From Candidatus Hydrogenedens sp. (lineage in GTDB: Bacteria > Hydrogenedentota > Hydrogenedentia > Hydrogenedentales > Hydrogenedentaceae): a stretch of 22,070 nt of DNA. Position 1 is the stretch's first letter. Every line of letters begins with the position of its first letter. This document shows, in pieces, positions 1-10,348 of this stretch. Where the stretch lies: assembly GCA_049968235.1 (NCBI GenBank), contig JBMFRC010000033.1, positions 1 through 22,070 on the forward strand, written 5' to 3'. A model generated the notes under the pieces. That model was not told the DNA's origin, did not search any database, and saw nothing but the letters and a program-made list of their open reading frames with translations. The position numbers and the translations under genes are program-made.

Positions 1-9
1 CCCAGGGGC

Positions 10-90
10 TATCATAAATTTTACCATTCCCCTCAACAGGTAAATACGAATATCATATTTCCCATTTCAGAGCAAATAACTATCCGCCTA
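10..90. repeat. Imperfect direct repeat, copy A (partner at 21935-22012)
   Basis: Identical 22-nt core ATTCCCCTCAACAGGTAAATAC at 26-47 and 21949-21970. The flanking roughly 45 nt are about 80-85% identical (e.g. ATCATAT...GATTTCAG(A/G)GCAAA). Both copies are intergenic. Confidence 0.7.
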
Positions 91-286
91 TTCATATATC
101 AAAAAAATAATGATTATTGTCAATGTAATGTTTTTATGTAAACCTCCTATTTGGGAGATTTCTCTTCCTGTAATATTTTAATACTCTGTTTTCTCTGTTA
201 ATATAAAAAACTTTAATATTGTGTAGAAACAAATTGTCTGTTGGTTTTGTTTGTACATATTACATTTAACTGTTCCTTGATTCAAT

Positions 287-312
287 AAAAGGGATTTGCT
301 AAACCTTTTTTA
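287..312 (+). terminator. Weak intrinsic-terminator-like hairpin
   Basis: AAAAGG (287-292) pairs with CCTTTT (304-309) around an 11-nt loop and is followed by a T-run (TTTTAT). The AT-rich stem is only 6 bp, so this is a low-confidence call. Confidence 0.2.
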
Positions 313-419
313 TAGGTAGAATGAACACTTTTTCATAATTGTTTTCTAAATTAACGATTTATTTTTAGAAGATAAAGAACAAATTATATTATACTTTTAC
401 AAATATAGAGGGCAATTTT

Positions 420-1076
420 ATGAACCAAGTGTATTTTGAAAAACCAAAACCTGATGAAGTATTGAATTTACTACTGGAAGGAAATCGTTGTTTTGTGGAG
501 GGAAATCTTACGCATCCGAATTCTGACCCAAAACGGAGAAATCTTTCTGCAACAGTATCGCAGGGAGATTATGCTATTGCAACGATTCTTTCCTGCTCGG
601 ATTCCCGTGTTCCTCCGGAACTTATCTTTGACTGCGGTATTATGGACCTTTTTGTTGTTCGTCTTGCGGGAAATGTCCTCTGCAAATCAGCCCTGGCAAG
701 TATTGAATATGGAGTATTACATGTGCATACGCCCCTTCTGCTGGTCATGACTCATAGTCAATGTGGTGCAGTCACTGCAGTTGTTAATGAACTGCAAAAA
801 AGTGAACCTGTAAAAAATTCGGAGCATGAGCATACCCATATTCACAAATTATTTGAATACATAACCCCAATTGTTCAGCCCTTATTGCAAGAGGAAAAAT
901 CGCCTTCGAATATACAGTCCTTTATAAATTTATGTGCCCGTGAACATGCAAAACATATTGTTCAGGAAATAAGACAAAAATCTAAACCCATAGCAGAAAA
1001 AGAATTTTTCGGCAAAGTTAAAATTGTCCCTGTATATTATGAATTAGAAACGGGTAAGGTATTTTGCATAGAATAA
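420..1076 (+). CDS. Beta-class carbonic anhydrase
   Basis: Translation carries the beta-CA zinc-ligand motifs 'SCSDSRVPPE' (Cys/Asp/Arg) and 'HSQCGAV' (His/Cys). AGAGGG lies about 8 nt upstream of ATG 420. Length of 218 aa is typical. An unusual His-rich insert 'SEHEHTHIH' is present. Confidence 0.85.
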   Translation: MNQVYFEKPKPDEVLNLLLEGNRCFVEGNLTHPNSDPKRRNLSATVSQGDYAIATILSCSDSRVPPELIFDCGIMDLFVVRLAGNVLCKSALASIEYGVLHVHTPLLLVMTHSQCGAVTAVVNELQKSEPVKNSEHEHTHIHKLFEYITPIVQPLLQEEKSPSNIQSFINLCAREHAKHIVQEIRQKSKPIAEKEFFGKVKIVPVYYELETGKVFCIE

Positions 1077-1138
1077 TCTGAATTTCTATATATTCTTGAA
1101 TTTATATTATTAACTTTTTTTAGAAAAGGAGCATCAAC

Positions 1139-2530
1139 ATGTCGAGAAAAGAACTGAAAGTTATTAATCCTTACACAGAAAAAGAAATTTATTCCTTCCC
1201 GATGGATACGATAGAAGAGGCATATCAGAAGATAGAAAAGGCATATAAGGCATTTCAAGAATGGCGTTATACTCCGATAAATACAAGGAAAGAATTATGC
1301 TTGAAGTTTATGGAAGAATTTGAAAAGAAACGAGATAATATTGCCCGTGAAATTACAGAGCAAATGGGCAAGCCTTTACAGCAATCCCAAAATGAAATTA
1401 ACACCATGCTGGACCGTGCTCAATATATGATTTCCATTGCGGAACAGACATTGGCGGATGAATATCTTCCTGAAAAACCGGGGTTTGTCCGATATATCCG
1501 TCATGAGCCTATCGGTGTTGTGCTTGATATTTCTGCATGGAATTATCCTTTGCTGATTGCGGTCAATGTAATTGTGCCTGCTATTATGGCTGGCAACACG
1601 GTTATTGTAAAACATGCCCGATTAACACCTCTCTGTGGAAAAGCTTTTGTAGAAGCGTTTGAAAAAGCGGGGGCACCGGAGGGATTAATACAGGATATCA
1701 TAGCAGACCATCAGGTTATTGATGCAGTAATAAAGCATCCCAGAATTGGCTTTGTATCTTTCACAGGTTCTGTCCGTGGTGGTCATGAAGTGGTTCAAAG
1801 TGCCTCTACACGATTCATCAATCAAGGACTGGAATTAGGGGGGAAGGACCCTGCCTATGTCTGTGCCGATGCGGATTTTGATTATGCGGTTGCCAATTGT
1901 GTTGACGGTGCTTTCTATAATGCGGGCCAATCCTGCTGTGCGGTAGAACGAGTTTATGTCGAAGAGCCCATTTACAACAAATTTGTAGATGCATTTGTTG
2001 AACTAACCCGCCAGTATAAATTAGGCGACCCCATGCAAAAAGAAACAACTATAGGCCCCCTGGCCGTATCCTCTGCCCGTCAATTTCTTAAAAAACAGGT
2101 GGAAGAAGCCATCTCGCTGGGAGGTAAACTGGTTGTAAGTCCTGATGATTTTGAAGTGCCTGACCATGGCTGGTTCTTCGCTCCTGCTGTAGTTGCAGAT
2201 GCACCCCAAAAAAGTTCTCTCATGCAGGAGGAAAGTTTCGGCACTGTAATTGGCATCTCACCGGTGAAAAATGATGAAGAAGCCATTGAATATATGAATG
2301 ATAGTCCATATGGATTAACTGCGTCTATATGGACCTCTGACTTTGAAAGAGCCAGAAGAATAGGAGAACGCATCGAAACAGGTACATTTTACATGAACCG
2401 TTGTGATTACTTAGACCCGGCTCTCCCGTGGACGGGTGTTAAAGATACAGGCAGAGGTGCTTCTCTCTCCCATTATGGCTATTATCAATTGACACAACTT
2501 AAAAGTATGCACCTTCGTTTGAAATGGTAA
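1139..2530 (+). CDS. NAD(P)+-dependent aldehyde dehydrogenase (ALDH superfamily)
   Basis: 463 aa. 'ELGGKDP' is the catalytic-Glu motif (ELGGKSP-like) and 'FYNAGQSCCAVERVYV' is the catalytic-Cys motif (GQxCxAxxR). 'FTGS' marks the NAD-binding region. A strong RBS AAAGGAG lies 7 nt upstream of the ATG. Substrate specificity cannot be called from sequence. Confidence 0.85.
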   Translation: MSRKELKVINPYTEKEIYSFPMDTIEEAYQKIEKAYKAFQEWRYTPINTRKELCLKFMEEFEKKRDNIAREITEQMGKPLQQSQNEINTMLDRAQYMISIAEQTLADEYLPEKPGFVRYIRHEPIGVVLDISAWNYPLLIAVNVIVPAIMAGNTVIVKHARLTPLCGKAFVEAFEKAGAPEGLIQDIIADHQVIDAVIKHPRIGFVSFTGSVRGGHEVVQSASTRFINQGLELGGKDPAYVCADADFDYAVANCVDGAFYNAGQSCCAVERVYVEEPIYNKFVDAFVELTRQYKLGDPMQKETTIGPLAVSSARQFLKKQVEEAISLGGKLVVSPDDFEVPDHGWFFAPAVVADAPQKSSLMQEESFGTVIGISPVKNDEEAIEYMNDSPYGLTASIWTSDFERARRIGERIETGTFYMNRCDYLDPALPWTGVKDTGRGASLSHYGYYQLTQLKSMHLRLKW

Positions 2531-2533
2531 CTA

Positions 2534-2908
2534 TTAACTAATACGAAAACAATCTATCACTATTACTTTTTCAACGGCTTCGTCTCGCATAGGAGCAATG
2601 CTTTGATAGTGCGGGTCTTTTAGAAATTGGTAATAATGGTCTATTGATGGCCATTCAATTACACAAAAATAATCCGGATGAAAATCACCTCGAATAATCT
2701 CACGAGGAACAAGTCCAACAACACGATGTGCTCCATACTTTGCCGCAATTGGGTTGGCAGATGCTAAATAAGTACTGTATCTTCGCGAGCCGTTGGGCTT
2801 TTTGAACCATACTGCCTGAAAAATATACGTCTTTTTATCTTTACCTTCTTCCTCTGCTGGCAATTCTTTGTCAGGGACATTCTCATTATTAGAGTTTGCT
2901 GTGCCCAT
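2534..2908 (-). CDS. DUF1330-like small protein (hypothetical)
   Basis: 124 aa. The C-terminal two-thirds ('AKYGAHRVVGL...VIEWPSIDHYYQFLKDPHYQSIAPMRDEAVEKVIVI') matches the DUF1330 pattern I recall (KYGG..L.RG....EG......VVIEFPS.E.A..WY.SPEYQ...LR). An acidic, disordered N-terminal extension is present. Its stop is 3 bp from the ALDH stop on the opposite strand. Confidence 0.55.
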   Translation of the reverse strand: MGTANSNNENVPDKELPAEEEGKDKKTYIFQAVWFKKPNGSRRYSTYLASANPIAAKYGAHRVVGLVPREIIRGDFHPDYFCVIEWPSIDHYYQFLKDPHYQSIAPMRDEAVEKVIVIDCFRIS

Positions 2909-3405
2909 ATCACTACCTCCTGATTAAATATCTTCATCTCAAATTAATATATCACGAAATATCACAAAATAAAAATTTTTTAATAGGAATCACGATATAA
3001 TAAAAACCAAATGTAAAGAAGCTTACAAAAAACAAACCATAGATTTTTAAATTGTTATATAAAAAAATTCTATTTTTAATGTATAACTAAAAATCTTTTT
3101 CTTTCTAAATTAAAGTAAAAATACTTTGCATTTTTTAAATTTTACAAAGAGAAATCCATATTTTTGCAAACAAGCCAACTTGCAAAATTATCATTATTAT
3201 CATTATGCAGATATAAAATATTACATTTATGTGTATTTTTTATTTATTTATAAAAAAATAAGGTATTTTTATAAAAAAATTGCCTTAAAACTTAATATTT
3301 ATTACATAATGGAATTATTAAACATATATTTTGTGTTGATTTTATACAATAATGTATGTTAATATATACATATTATTTTCAAATAATTTTTTCGGAGTTA
3401 CTAAA

Positions 3406-6400
3406 ATGCAGAAAGAACCTCACCAACAAAAAACTTTATATGCCCCTTTCTTTGAACATGATGCCTGTGGCGTGGGATTTATTGTAAATATTGATGGGAA
3501 GAGAACTCATCAATTAGTGAAAGATGCCCTTCGTATATTGGTAAATCTTACCCATCGCGGTGCATGTGGGTGCGACCCTGAAACGGGTGATGGTTGTGGT
3601 ATTTTATTTCATATTCCTCATCGTTTTTTTGAGAAGCAATCCGATAGTTTAGGTTTTGATTTACCTTCTCCGGGGCAATATGGGATAGGAATGGTTTTTC
3701 TTCCAGGAGACAATCAATTAAGAAGTGTTTGCAAAGAAATGTTAAAACAGACTATTTTGGAAGAGGGTCAGGGATTTTTAGGTTGGCGCGAGGTTCCACG
3801 AAATTCTCAATGTATTGGCTGGCTTGCCCGTTCTAACGAGCCCATTATTGAACAAATATTTATAAAAAATGTAACCTGCCCGGATATTGAATCTTTTGAA
3901 CGCAAACTATTTATCATTCGTAAGTCTGCTTCTCATAAAATTCGACAATTTTTGAAAGAGCAAAAAAATCTTTTTTATATAACAAGTATGTCTGCGAGGA
4001 CAATTGTATATAAGGGTCTATTTTTACCTGAAGTCATGGATAAATATTACGAAGATTTAGCAGACCCTGAAGTAGAGAGTGCTTTAGCGATTATTCATCA
4101 GCGGTATAGTACCAACACACTTCCCAGCTGGCAATTAGCACAACCATTTCGTTTTCTTGCTCACAATGGAGAAATTAATACCCTGCGAGGGAATATCAAT
4201 CTTATGTGTTCGCGTGAATCGGATTTGAAAAGCCCTCTTTATGGAGATGATATAAAGAAACTATTTCCTATTTTAACAGAGGGAGCCAGTGACTCTGCCA
4301 TTTTTGACAATGCTTTTGAATTGCTCGTTCGGGGAGGTCGTAGCATTGCTCATTCCATGATGATGATGATACCTGAACCCTGGAGTCATCACGAAAGTAT
4401 GCCGGATTTTAAGAAGGCTTTCTATGAATTCCATGCATGTAAGATGGAACCCTGGGATGGACCCGCATGTATGGCTTTTACAGATGGAGTACAGATAGGA
4501 GCCGTTCTTGACCGTAACGGACTGCGTCCGGCTCGCTACTGGATTACCACAGACCAGCAAGTTATTATGGCTTCTGAAGTGGGAGTTTTAGACATACCAC
4601 AGGAAAAAATTGTAAAGAAATGGCGATTGCAACCGGGTCGTATGTTCCTTGTGGACCTCAATGAAAAACGAATTATTGAAGATGATGAAATAAAAGAGAC
4701 CTTAGCCAACAGGAAACCTTATCGTGCATGGCTCAGTTTAAACCGTATTATTTTCCCGCAAGAAGTACTGGAGACAAGACCTACAACAGAATTAGTTCCA
4801 CTTCGTAAAAGGCAAAAAATTTTTGGTTATACAGAAGAGGATATCTCGCTTTTGCTCAAGCCAATGGCAGAAACAGGGGCAGAACCTGTGGGTTCAATGG
4901 GGAATGATGTTCCTTTAGCAGTTCTTTCAGAACGACCCCAATTATTATTTAATTATTTCAAACAGTTATTTGCCCAGGTCACAAATCCGCCTTTAGACCC
5001 CATACGCGAAGAAATTGTTATGTCTCTCGAAACGGACATTGGTCGGGAATATAACCTTTTAGATGAAACTCCTGAAGATTGCCAGATGATACATCTACAT
5101 TCTCCGATTCTTACCAATGCACAGGTAACTTATATTCGCAATTTAAAGAAAAAAGGACATCGGGCAGAATCTATCAGTACATTATTCTCAGTAAAGGAAG
5201 GTATTCCGGGCTTTCTAAATGCCATTGACCGAATTTGTAAAGAAGCCGAAAAATATGTGGATAATGGGGCTACCGTTTTAATTCTTTCGGACCGTGGAGC
5301 AGGACTACATCATGCACCCCTTCCCAGTTTATTAGCCACAGGTGCGATTCATCATCATCTTGTTCGTGTTCACAAACGGACTCGCTGTGGAATTGTTGTT
5401 GAGAGTGGCGAACCTCGTGAAGTGATGCATTTTGCCCTGTTGTGTGGATATGGCGCCGGTGCTATTAATCCTTATCTCGCTTTTGAAACTATCTCGGAAG
5501 GTATTGAGGAAGGGAAAATTGTTGAAGAATATCCCGGTAAAGCCCATAAAAAATATATTAAAGCCATTGAAAAAGGGTTATTAAAAACTATGTCGAAAAT
5601 GGGTATTTCTACCCTCCAAAGTTATCGATGTGCTCAGATTTTTGAAGCGTTAGGTCTAAGTCAGGAGGTAATCGACCGCTGTTTCACAGGCACACCTTCC
5701 CGGATAGGGGGATTAGACCTTGAAGATATAGCACGGGAAACCTTAATGCGTCATGAGATGGCTTATAATCCGTTAAAATTCCGTGAAAACGAGTTAGATA
5801 TTGGCGGGGCGTATCGCTGGCGACAGAGAGGTGAGTTCCATCAATGGAATCCGGAGACTATTTCTCTTATCCAGCATGCTACTCGATTAAACAGTTGGCA
5901 GAAATATCAGCAATTTGCAGAAGAAGTTAATAATCGAAATCGGACTTTTGCAACACTTCGCGGACTACTTAAATTTAAGAAAGGAAACCCTATACCCTTA
6001 GAGGAAGTTGAACCTGCTTCTGAAATTGTAAAACGGTTCTGTACAGGGGCTATGTCCTATGGTTCTATTAGTCAGGAAGCCCATGAGAATCTTGCTCTTG
6101 CCATGAATCGTATTGGTGGAAGAAGTAATACGGGAGAAGGAGGTGAAGACCCCAAACGATTCATCCCGGAACCTAACGGTGATAGCAAACGCAGTGCAAT
6201 TAAGCAAGTAGCCTCTGGAAGATTTGGTGTAACTAATGAATACCTTGTCAATGCGGATGAATTACAAATAAAGATGGCTCAGGGAGCTAAACCAGGAGAA
6301 GGAGGACAGTTACCAGGGCATAAAGTATACGAAAATATCGCTAAAGTTCGATATTCGACACCGGGCGTGGAACTGATTTCCCCTCCACCACACCATGATA

Positions 6401-7941
6401 TTTACTCAATAGAAGACCTGGCTCAATTGATATATGACTTAAAAAATGCAAATATCTATGCGAAAGTTTCTGTAAAACTGGTATCTGAAGTAGGTGTAGG
6501 CACAATTGCTGCAGGTGTCTCCAAAGGGAAAGCAGATTTGGTACTTATTAGTGGACATGATGGGGGAACAGGTGCTTCTCCATTAAGTTCGATTAAACAT
6601 GCGGGATTACCCTGGGAATTAGGTTTGTCGGAAACACATCAGGTCCTTGTTCAAAATAACTTGAGAGACCGCATTACCGTTCAGGTAGATGGACAGATTA
6701 AAACAGGTAGAGATGTAGTTATCGGGGCATTATTAGGAGCGGACGAATTCGGTTTTGCAACAGCACCCCTTATTGTAAGCGGATGTATCATGATGCGTAA
6801 GTGCCATAGTAATACCTGTCCGGTTGGTATTGCAACTCAGGACCCGGAACTACGCAAAAAATTCGAAGGGAAACCGGAGTATGTGGTGAATTACTTTTTC
6901 TTCGTAGCAGAAGAAGTGCGTCGTATCATGGCAGAATTAGGTTTCCGCAAATTTGATGATATGATTGGTCGAAGTGATTTTCTGGAATATGACCCGCACC
7001 CCGAGCACTGGAAAGCACGAAAGCTAAATTTATCTGCGGTTTTAGCAAAATCACAACCGTGGGAAGGTTCAACATTATACTGTAGTAAGAAACAAGACCA
7101 CGAAATTGAGAAAGCACTTGACAATATACTGTTGGAAAAAGCCAGACCTACGTTAGAACGAAAAGAACCCGTCCGTTTTTCTATTCAGGTCAGAAATGTT
7201 CATCGAACCGTAGGAACTATTCTTTCCAGTGAACTAACTCGCCGACATCGTCTGGGAATGTATACAGGACATCTTCCGGAGGACACCGTTTGGATTGATT
7301 GCTATGGCGTGGCAGGACAAAGTTTCGGAGCCTTTATTATTCAAGGAGTCACTCTAAACTTAATAGGTGAAGCCAACGATTATATCGGGAAAGGTTTATC
7401 CGGAGGGAAAATTATAGTAACACCTCCCCCCGAAAGTCCCATTATTCCAGAACAAAATATTCTGGTAGGGAATGTAGCTCTATACGGTGCCACAAGTGGT
7501 GAGGTGTATTTTCGTGGGGTTGCAGGTGAACGATTCTGTGTCCGCAATTCGGGGGCATGGGCTGTTGTTGAAGGCGTAGGTGACCATGGGTGTGAATATA
7601 TGACAGGTGGTAGAGCGGTTATCCTCGGAAAGACAGGTCGCAATTTCTCAGCAGGAATGACAGGAGGTATTGCTTTCGTTTATGACCCAAATAATGAATT
7701 TGAGATAAAGTGCAATTTGCAAACAGTCGAACTGAAACCTCTAAATGAAAAAAGTATACCGGAACTCCGATATTTATTAGAACGACATGTGAAATATACA
7801 AAAAGCCCAATTGCAGAAAAAATCCTTGCAAATTGGGACAGAGAAATAGAACATTTCATTCGTGTTATGCCAAAAGACTACGCACGAGCATTAAAAGAAA
7901 TGAATAAGCAACAAGAAGTGCCTTTATTAAAAACAGGTTAA
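3406..7941 (+). CDS. gltB: Glutamate synthase (GOGAT) large subunit
   Basis: The ORF opens at 3352, but the probable start is ATG 3406, which has GGAG 8 nt upstream. This leaves a short propeptide '[20 protein letters not shown]' before the Ntn-amidotransferase Cys in 'CGVGF'. All four GltB domains are present: amidotransferase, central, FMN/3Fe-4S (e.g. 'GEGGEDP', '[13 protein letters not shown]', '[21 protein letters not shown]') and C-terminal GXGXG ('[11 protein letters not shown]'). About 1511 aa. Confidence 0.95.
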   Translation: MQKEPHQQKTLYAPFFEHDACGVGFIVNIDGKRTHQLVKDALRILVNLTHRGACGCDPETGDGCGILFHIPHRFFEKQSDSLGFDLPSPGQYGIGMVFLPGDNQLRSVCKEMLKQTILEEGQGFLGWREVPRNSQCIGWLARSNEPIIEQIFIKNVTCPDIESFERKLFIIRKSASHKIRQFLKEQKNLFYITSMSARTIVYKGLFLPEVMDKYYEDLADPEVESALAIIHQRYSTNTLPSWQLAQPFRFLAHNGEINTLRGNINLMCSRESDLKSPLYGDDIKKLFPILTEGASDSAIFDNAFELLVRGGRSIAHSMMMMIPEPWSHHESMPDFKKAFYEFHACKMEPWDGPACMAFTDGVQIGAVLDRNGLRPARYWITTDQQVIMASEVGVLDIPQEKIVKKWRLQPGRMFLVDLNEKRIIEDDEIKETLANRKPYRAWLSLNRIIFPQEVLETRPTTELVPLRKRQKIFGYTEEDISLLLKPMAETGAEPVGSMGNDVPLAVLSERPQLLFNYFKQLFAQVTNPPLDPIREEIVMSLETDIGREYNLLDETPEDCQMIHLHSPILTNAQVTYIRNLKKKGHRAESISTLFSVKEGIPGFLNAIDRICKEAEKYVDNGATVLILSDRGAGLHHAPLPSLLATGAIHHHLVRVHKRTRCGIVVESGEPREVMHFALLCGYGAGAINPYLAFETISEGIEEGKIVEEYPGKAHKKYIKAIEKGLLKTMSKMGISTLQSYRCAQIFEALGLSQEVIDRCFTGTPSRIGGLDLEDIARETLMRHEMAYNPLKFRENELDIGGAYRWRQRGEFHQWNPETISLIQHATRLNSWQKYQQFAEEVNNRNRTFATLRGLLKFKKGNPIPLEEVEPASEIVKRFCTGAMSYGSISQEAHENLALAMNRIGGRSNTGEGGEDPKRFIPEPNGDSKRSAIKQVASGRFGVTNEYLVNADELQIKMAQGAKPGEGGQLPGHKVYENIAKVRYSTPGVELISPPPHHDIYSIEDLAQLIYDLKNANIYAKVSVKLVSEVGVGTIAAGVSKGKADLVLISGHDGGTGASPLSSIKHAGLPWELGLSETHQVLVQNNLRDRITVQVDGQIKTGRDVVIGALLGADEFGFATAPLIVSGCIMMRKCHSNTCPVGIATQDPELRKKFEGKPEYVVNYFFFVAEEVRRIMAELGFRKFDDMIGRSDFLEYDPHPEHWKARKLNLSAVLAKSQPWEGSTLYCSKKQDHEIEKALDNILLEKARPTLERKEPVRFSIQVRNVHRTVGTILSSELTRRHRLGMYTGHLPEDTVWIDCYGVAGQSFGAFIIQGVTLNLIGEANDYIGKGLSGGKIIVTPPPESPIIPEQNILVGNVALYGATSGEVYFRGVAGERFCVRNSGAWAVVEGVGDHGCEYMTGGRAVILGKTGRNFSAGMTGGIAFVYDPNNEFEIKCNLQTVELKPLNEKSIPELRYLLERHVKYTKSPIAEKILANWDREIEHFIRVMPKDYARALKEMNKQQEVPLLKTG

Positions 7942-7953
7942 GGGAGAATTTTT

Positions 7954-9444
7954 ATGTTTCCTGAAAAATCAAAAGGTTTCATGGTATATAAAAGGGAATT
8001 GGGTCCCGAAGACCCTCCCCAGGAACGAATAAAACATTTTCGTGAATTTCATCATTCTCTACCGGAAGAAAAAATTCGACAGCAGGCATATCGCTGTATG
8101 AATTGTGGTGTTCCATTCTGTCATCATGGCTGTCCTCTGGGCAATCAAATTCCCGATTTTAATGATCTGGTAAAAGATGCTGATTGGAAACGGGCATTGG
8201 AAGTACTACATTCCACGAACAATTTTCCGGAATTTACAGGTAGGGTTTGCCCTGCTCCCTGTGAAACTTCTTGTATTTTAGGAATTAATGAACCTCCGGT
8301 AACCATTGAACAAATTGAATATGAAATTGCAGAGCGTGGATGGCGTGAAGGATGGATTAAACCGCACCCCCCCGAGCAGCGAACTGGGAAACGCGTTGCT
8401 ATTATAGGTTCAGGACCCAGTGGTCTGGCATCTGCTCAACAACTCAATCGAGCAGGTCATTATGTAGATGTATTTGAAAGAGCGGATGAACCCGGCGGTT
8501 TGTTAATGTATGGAATTCCCGGATTTAAATTGGATAAATCCATTGTTTGGAGAAGAATTAATCAAATTATAGATGAAGGGGTAACCTTTAATTGTTCTTC
8601 TGAAGTAGGGAAAAATATACCGGTAGAACAATTACTGACATATGATGCGGTTTTATTTACGATAGGTTCAACAATTGCACGGACCTTCACAAGTATGAAT
8701 ATTCCCGGTTCTTCCCTTGCAGGTATCCATACCGCAATGGACTTTCTTACACAAAGCACACGAAGAGTATTGGGGAAAAAAATAGATGGGAAAGAAATCT
8801 TAGCCACAAATAAAAATGTTATCGTTATTGGAGGTGGAGACACAGGTTCCGATTGTATTGGGACAAGCATTCGGCAGGGATGTAAATCTGTTGTGAATCT
8901 TGAACTTTTACCGCGTCCCCCGTTAGAAAGAACGGGAGACAATCTCTGGCCTCAATGGCCCATGATACTCCGCACATCGTCCAGTCATGAGGAAGGAGGA
9001 GAACGATTATTCAGCGTTTCTACGAAAGCCTTTGAAGGAGATGAACGCGGTCATGTGAAAGCCATTCATCTGGTCCGTGTAGAATGGTATACAGATGAAA
9101 ATGGACAAAAACGAATGCGGGAAATTCCTGGCTCGGACATGAAATTACCCTGTGAATTGGTTCTCCTTGCGATGGGCTTTGTTGCACCAGAATCAGATAT
9201 ATTTGTTGAAAAATTAGGGATAGAACTTTGTACTACTCGCTTTGGAAAAGCCATTAAAACAGACCCTAAATATATGACCACACGCCGTGGATTTTTCGCA
9301 GCAGGCGATGCGCGTAGAGGACAATCGCTTGTTGTTTGGGCAATCTCTGAGGGAAGAGAATCCGCTCGTTGTATTGATGAATATCTCATGGGTAGAACAT
9401 ATCTGCATGCGAAGAACTCCTGGGGCTATTCTTGCCAGAAATAA
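7954..9444 (+). CDS. gltD: Glutamate synthase small (NAD(P)H-dependent) subunit
   Basis: 496 aa. It sits 12 nt after gltB with RBS AAGGGAG. It has two Cys clusters ('CMNCGVPFCHHGCP', 'CPAPCETSC'), the Rossmann FAD/NAD motifs 'AIIGSGPSGLASA' and 'VIVIGGGDTGSD', and a C-terminal 'FAAGD' motif. Confidence 0.93.
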   Translation: MFPEKSKGFMVYKRELGPEDPPQERIKHFREFHHSLPEEKIRQQAYRCMNCGVPFCHHGCPLGNQIPDFNDLVKDADWKRALEVLHSTNNFPEFTGRVCPAPCETSCILGINEPPVTIEQIEYEIAERGWREGWIKPHPPEQRTGKRVAIIGSGPSGLASAQQLNRAGHYVDVFERADEPGGLLMYGIPGFKLDKSIVWRRINQIIDEGVTFNCSSEVGKNIPVEQLLTYDAVLFTIGSTIARTFTSMNIPGSSLAGIHTAMDFLTQSTRRVLGKKIDGKEILATNKNVIVIGGGDTGSDCIGTSIRQGCKSVVNLELLPRPPLERTGDNLWPQWPMILRTSSSHEEGGERLFSVSTKAFEGDERGHVKAIHLVRVEWYTDENGQKRMREIPGSDMKLPCELVLLAMGFVAPESDIFVEKLGIELCTTRFGKAIKTDPKYMTTRRGFFAAGDARRGQSLVVWAISEGRESARCIDEYLMGRTYLHAKNSWGYSCQK

Positions 9445-9456
9445 GAAATTTAAGAT

Positions 9457-10314
9457 TTATCTTTTTTGTTCAAGGGCAGAACGGTATTGATTAATTCGTT
9501 CGAGCCATGTGGTAGTGAGGGTAAGCGGGTATACAGTATATCGGGGAGAAGTAGCAGGTTTTGTTTGAAATTCTTTTTCTGCTTCGGGAATCATCTGTCT
9601 GTAACTTATATCTGGTGGGGTGAATTTTGCATTAGAATTTTTAGCGTTAGTAATAAAACGAATAGAACGATTTATATCACTAGCACTTCTTTTCGTCTTT
9701 ACAAGGGTTTTGGGGTCTGTTCCCCACTCATATAAAATCACAGGTCCATTGTTTCCGGTAGCGACACCTGCCATAGATAAATCTGTCCCACTGCGATAAT
9801 CCATCATTGCATCCAGCCAATCAAAGGGAATTCCATAATAATAATCATACGCACCGAATACCCTACCTTCCGAGAAGCCATCATTATATCCATCTGTAAA
9901 ACCCCCATCTAACCATTCCACATGCTTATCTGTTTTGAGGAATGCCTTCCAGTTTGCCTGGTAAGCACAATCATAACCTTCACTAAAACCGATAGTAAAA
10001 GCATAGTCATATTCCACAAAGTAACCATCATTATATGCGAACCATAAACCGTCGTAATACCCTGCATCATAAGGAGGATTTTCTACCTGCGGTATTTGTT
10101 CCCCCTGATAGTATATTGCTCCGCCATTTACAGTATCATAACTATCAAAAAAACCAGTCCAATAGTATTCGTCCTGTGCAAAACCATCATTAAAACCGCG
10201 TTCATATTCTGCATTATCAGTAATTATGGGACACCCTATAAATGCAACTATAATGAGCGGTAAAATTCCTAAATACAGTCTCCGCATTTTGCTCTTTCTG
10301 CTTTCCTGTTTCAT
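9457..10314 (-). CDS. Putative lipoprotein with aromatic/Asp-Gly repeats (hypothetical)
   Basis: The ORF extends to 10368. I place the start at ATG 10314 (MKQESRKSKMRRLYLGILPLIIVAFIGC...) because AAGGAA lies 6 nt upstream. The N-terminus has a positively charged n-region, a hydrophobic h-region and a lipobox-like 'FIGC'. The mature part holds at least 6 copies of G[F/Y]xDG[F/Y/L] and is extremely Tyr/Trp/Asp/Gly-rich. I recognise no homology. It is co-oriented with, and 35 nt downstream of, the 849-aa gene. Confidence 0.6.
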   Translation of the reverse strand: MKQESRKSKMRRLYLGILPLIIVAFIGCPIITDNAEYERGFNDGFAQDEYYWTGFFDSYDTVNGGAIYYQGEQIPQVENPPYDAGYYDGLWFAYNDGYFVEYDYAFTIGFSEGYDCAYQANWKAFLKTDKHVEWLDGGFTDGYNDGFSEGRVFGAYDYYYGIPFDWLDAMMDYRSGTDLSMAGVATGNNGPVILYEWGTDPKTLVKTKRSASDINRSIRFITNAKNSNAKFTPPDISYRQMIPEAEKEFQTKPATSPRYTVYPLTLTTTWLERINQYRSALEQKR

Positions 10315-10348
10315 AATACATTCCTTATATAAAAATTGTTTTAATCTT

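Noticed and set aside
493-1258. Overlapping ORFs 493-750 (+) and 1037-1258 (-)
   Set aside because: They lie in alternative frames or antisense to the carbonic anhydrase/ALDH junction. They have no motifs and are spurious.
3160-3190. Sigma-54 promoter (TGGCAC-N5-TTGCA) upstream of gltB, suggested by the TTGCA motifs
   Set aside because: There is no GG dinucleotide at the required -24 spacing. The TTGCA occurrences are part of TTTGCAAA palindromes.
3126-3362. 78-aa ORF upstream of gltB, in frame with the extended gltB ORF (3352)
   Set aside because: Its translation is a low-complexity Y/I/N/K string produced by the AT-rich intergenic sequence. It has no RBS. The gltB propeptide before the catalytic Cys fits a start at 3406, which has a GGAG RBS.
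9445-9470. Hairpin AAGAT/ATCTT followed by T-run between gltD and the lipoprotein gene, considered as a bidirectional terminator
   Set aside because: The stem is only 5 bp with a 2-nt loop, all A/T. It overlaps the lipoprotein stop codon. Too weak to call.
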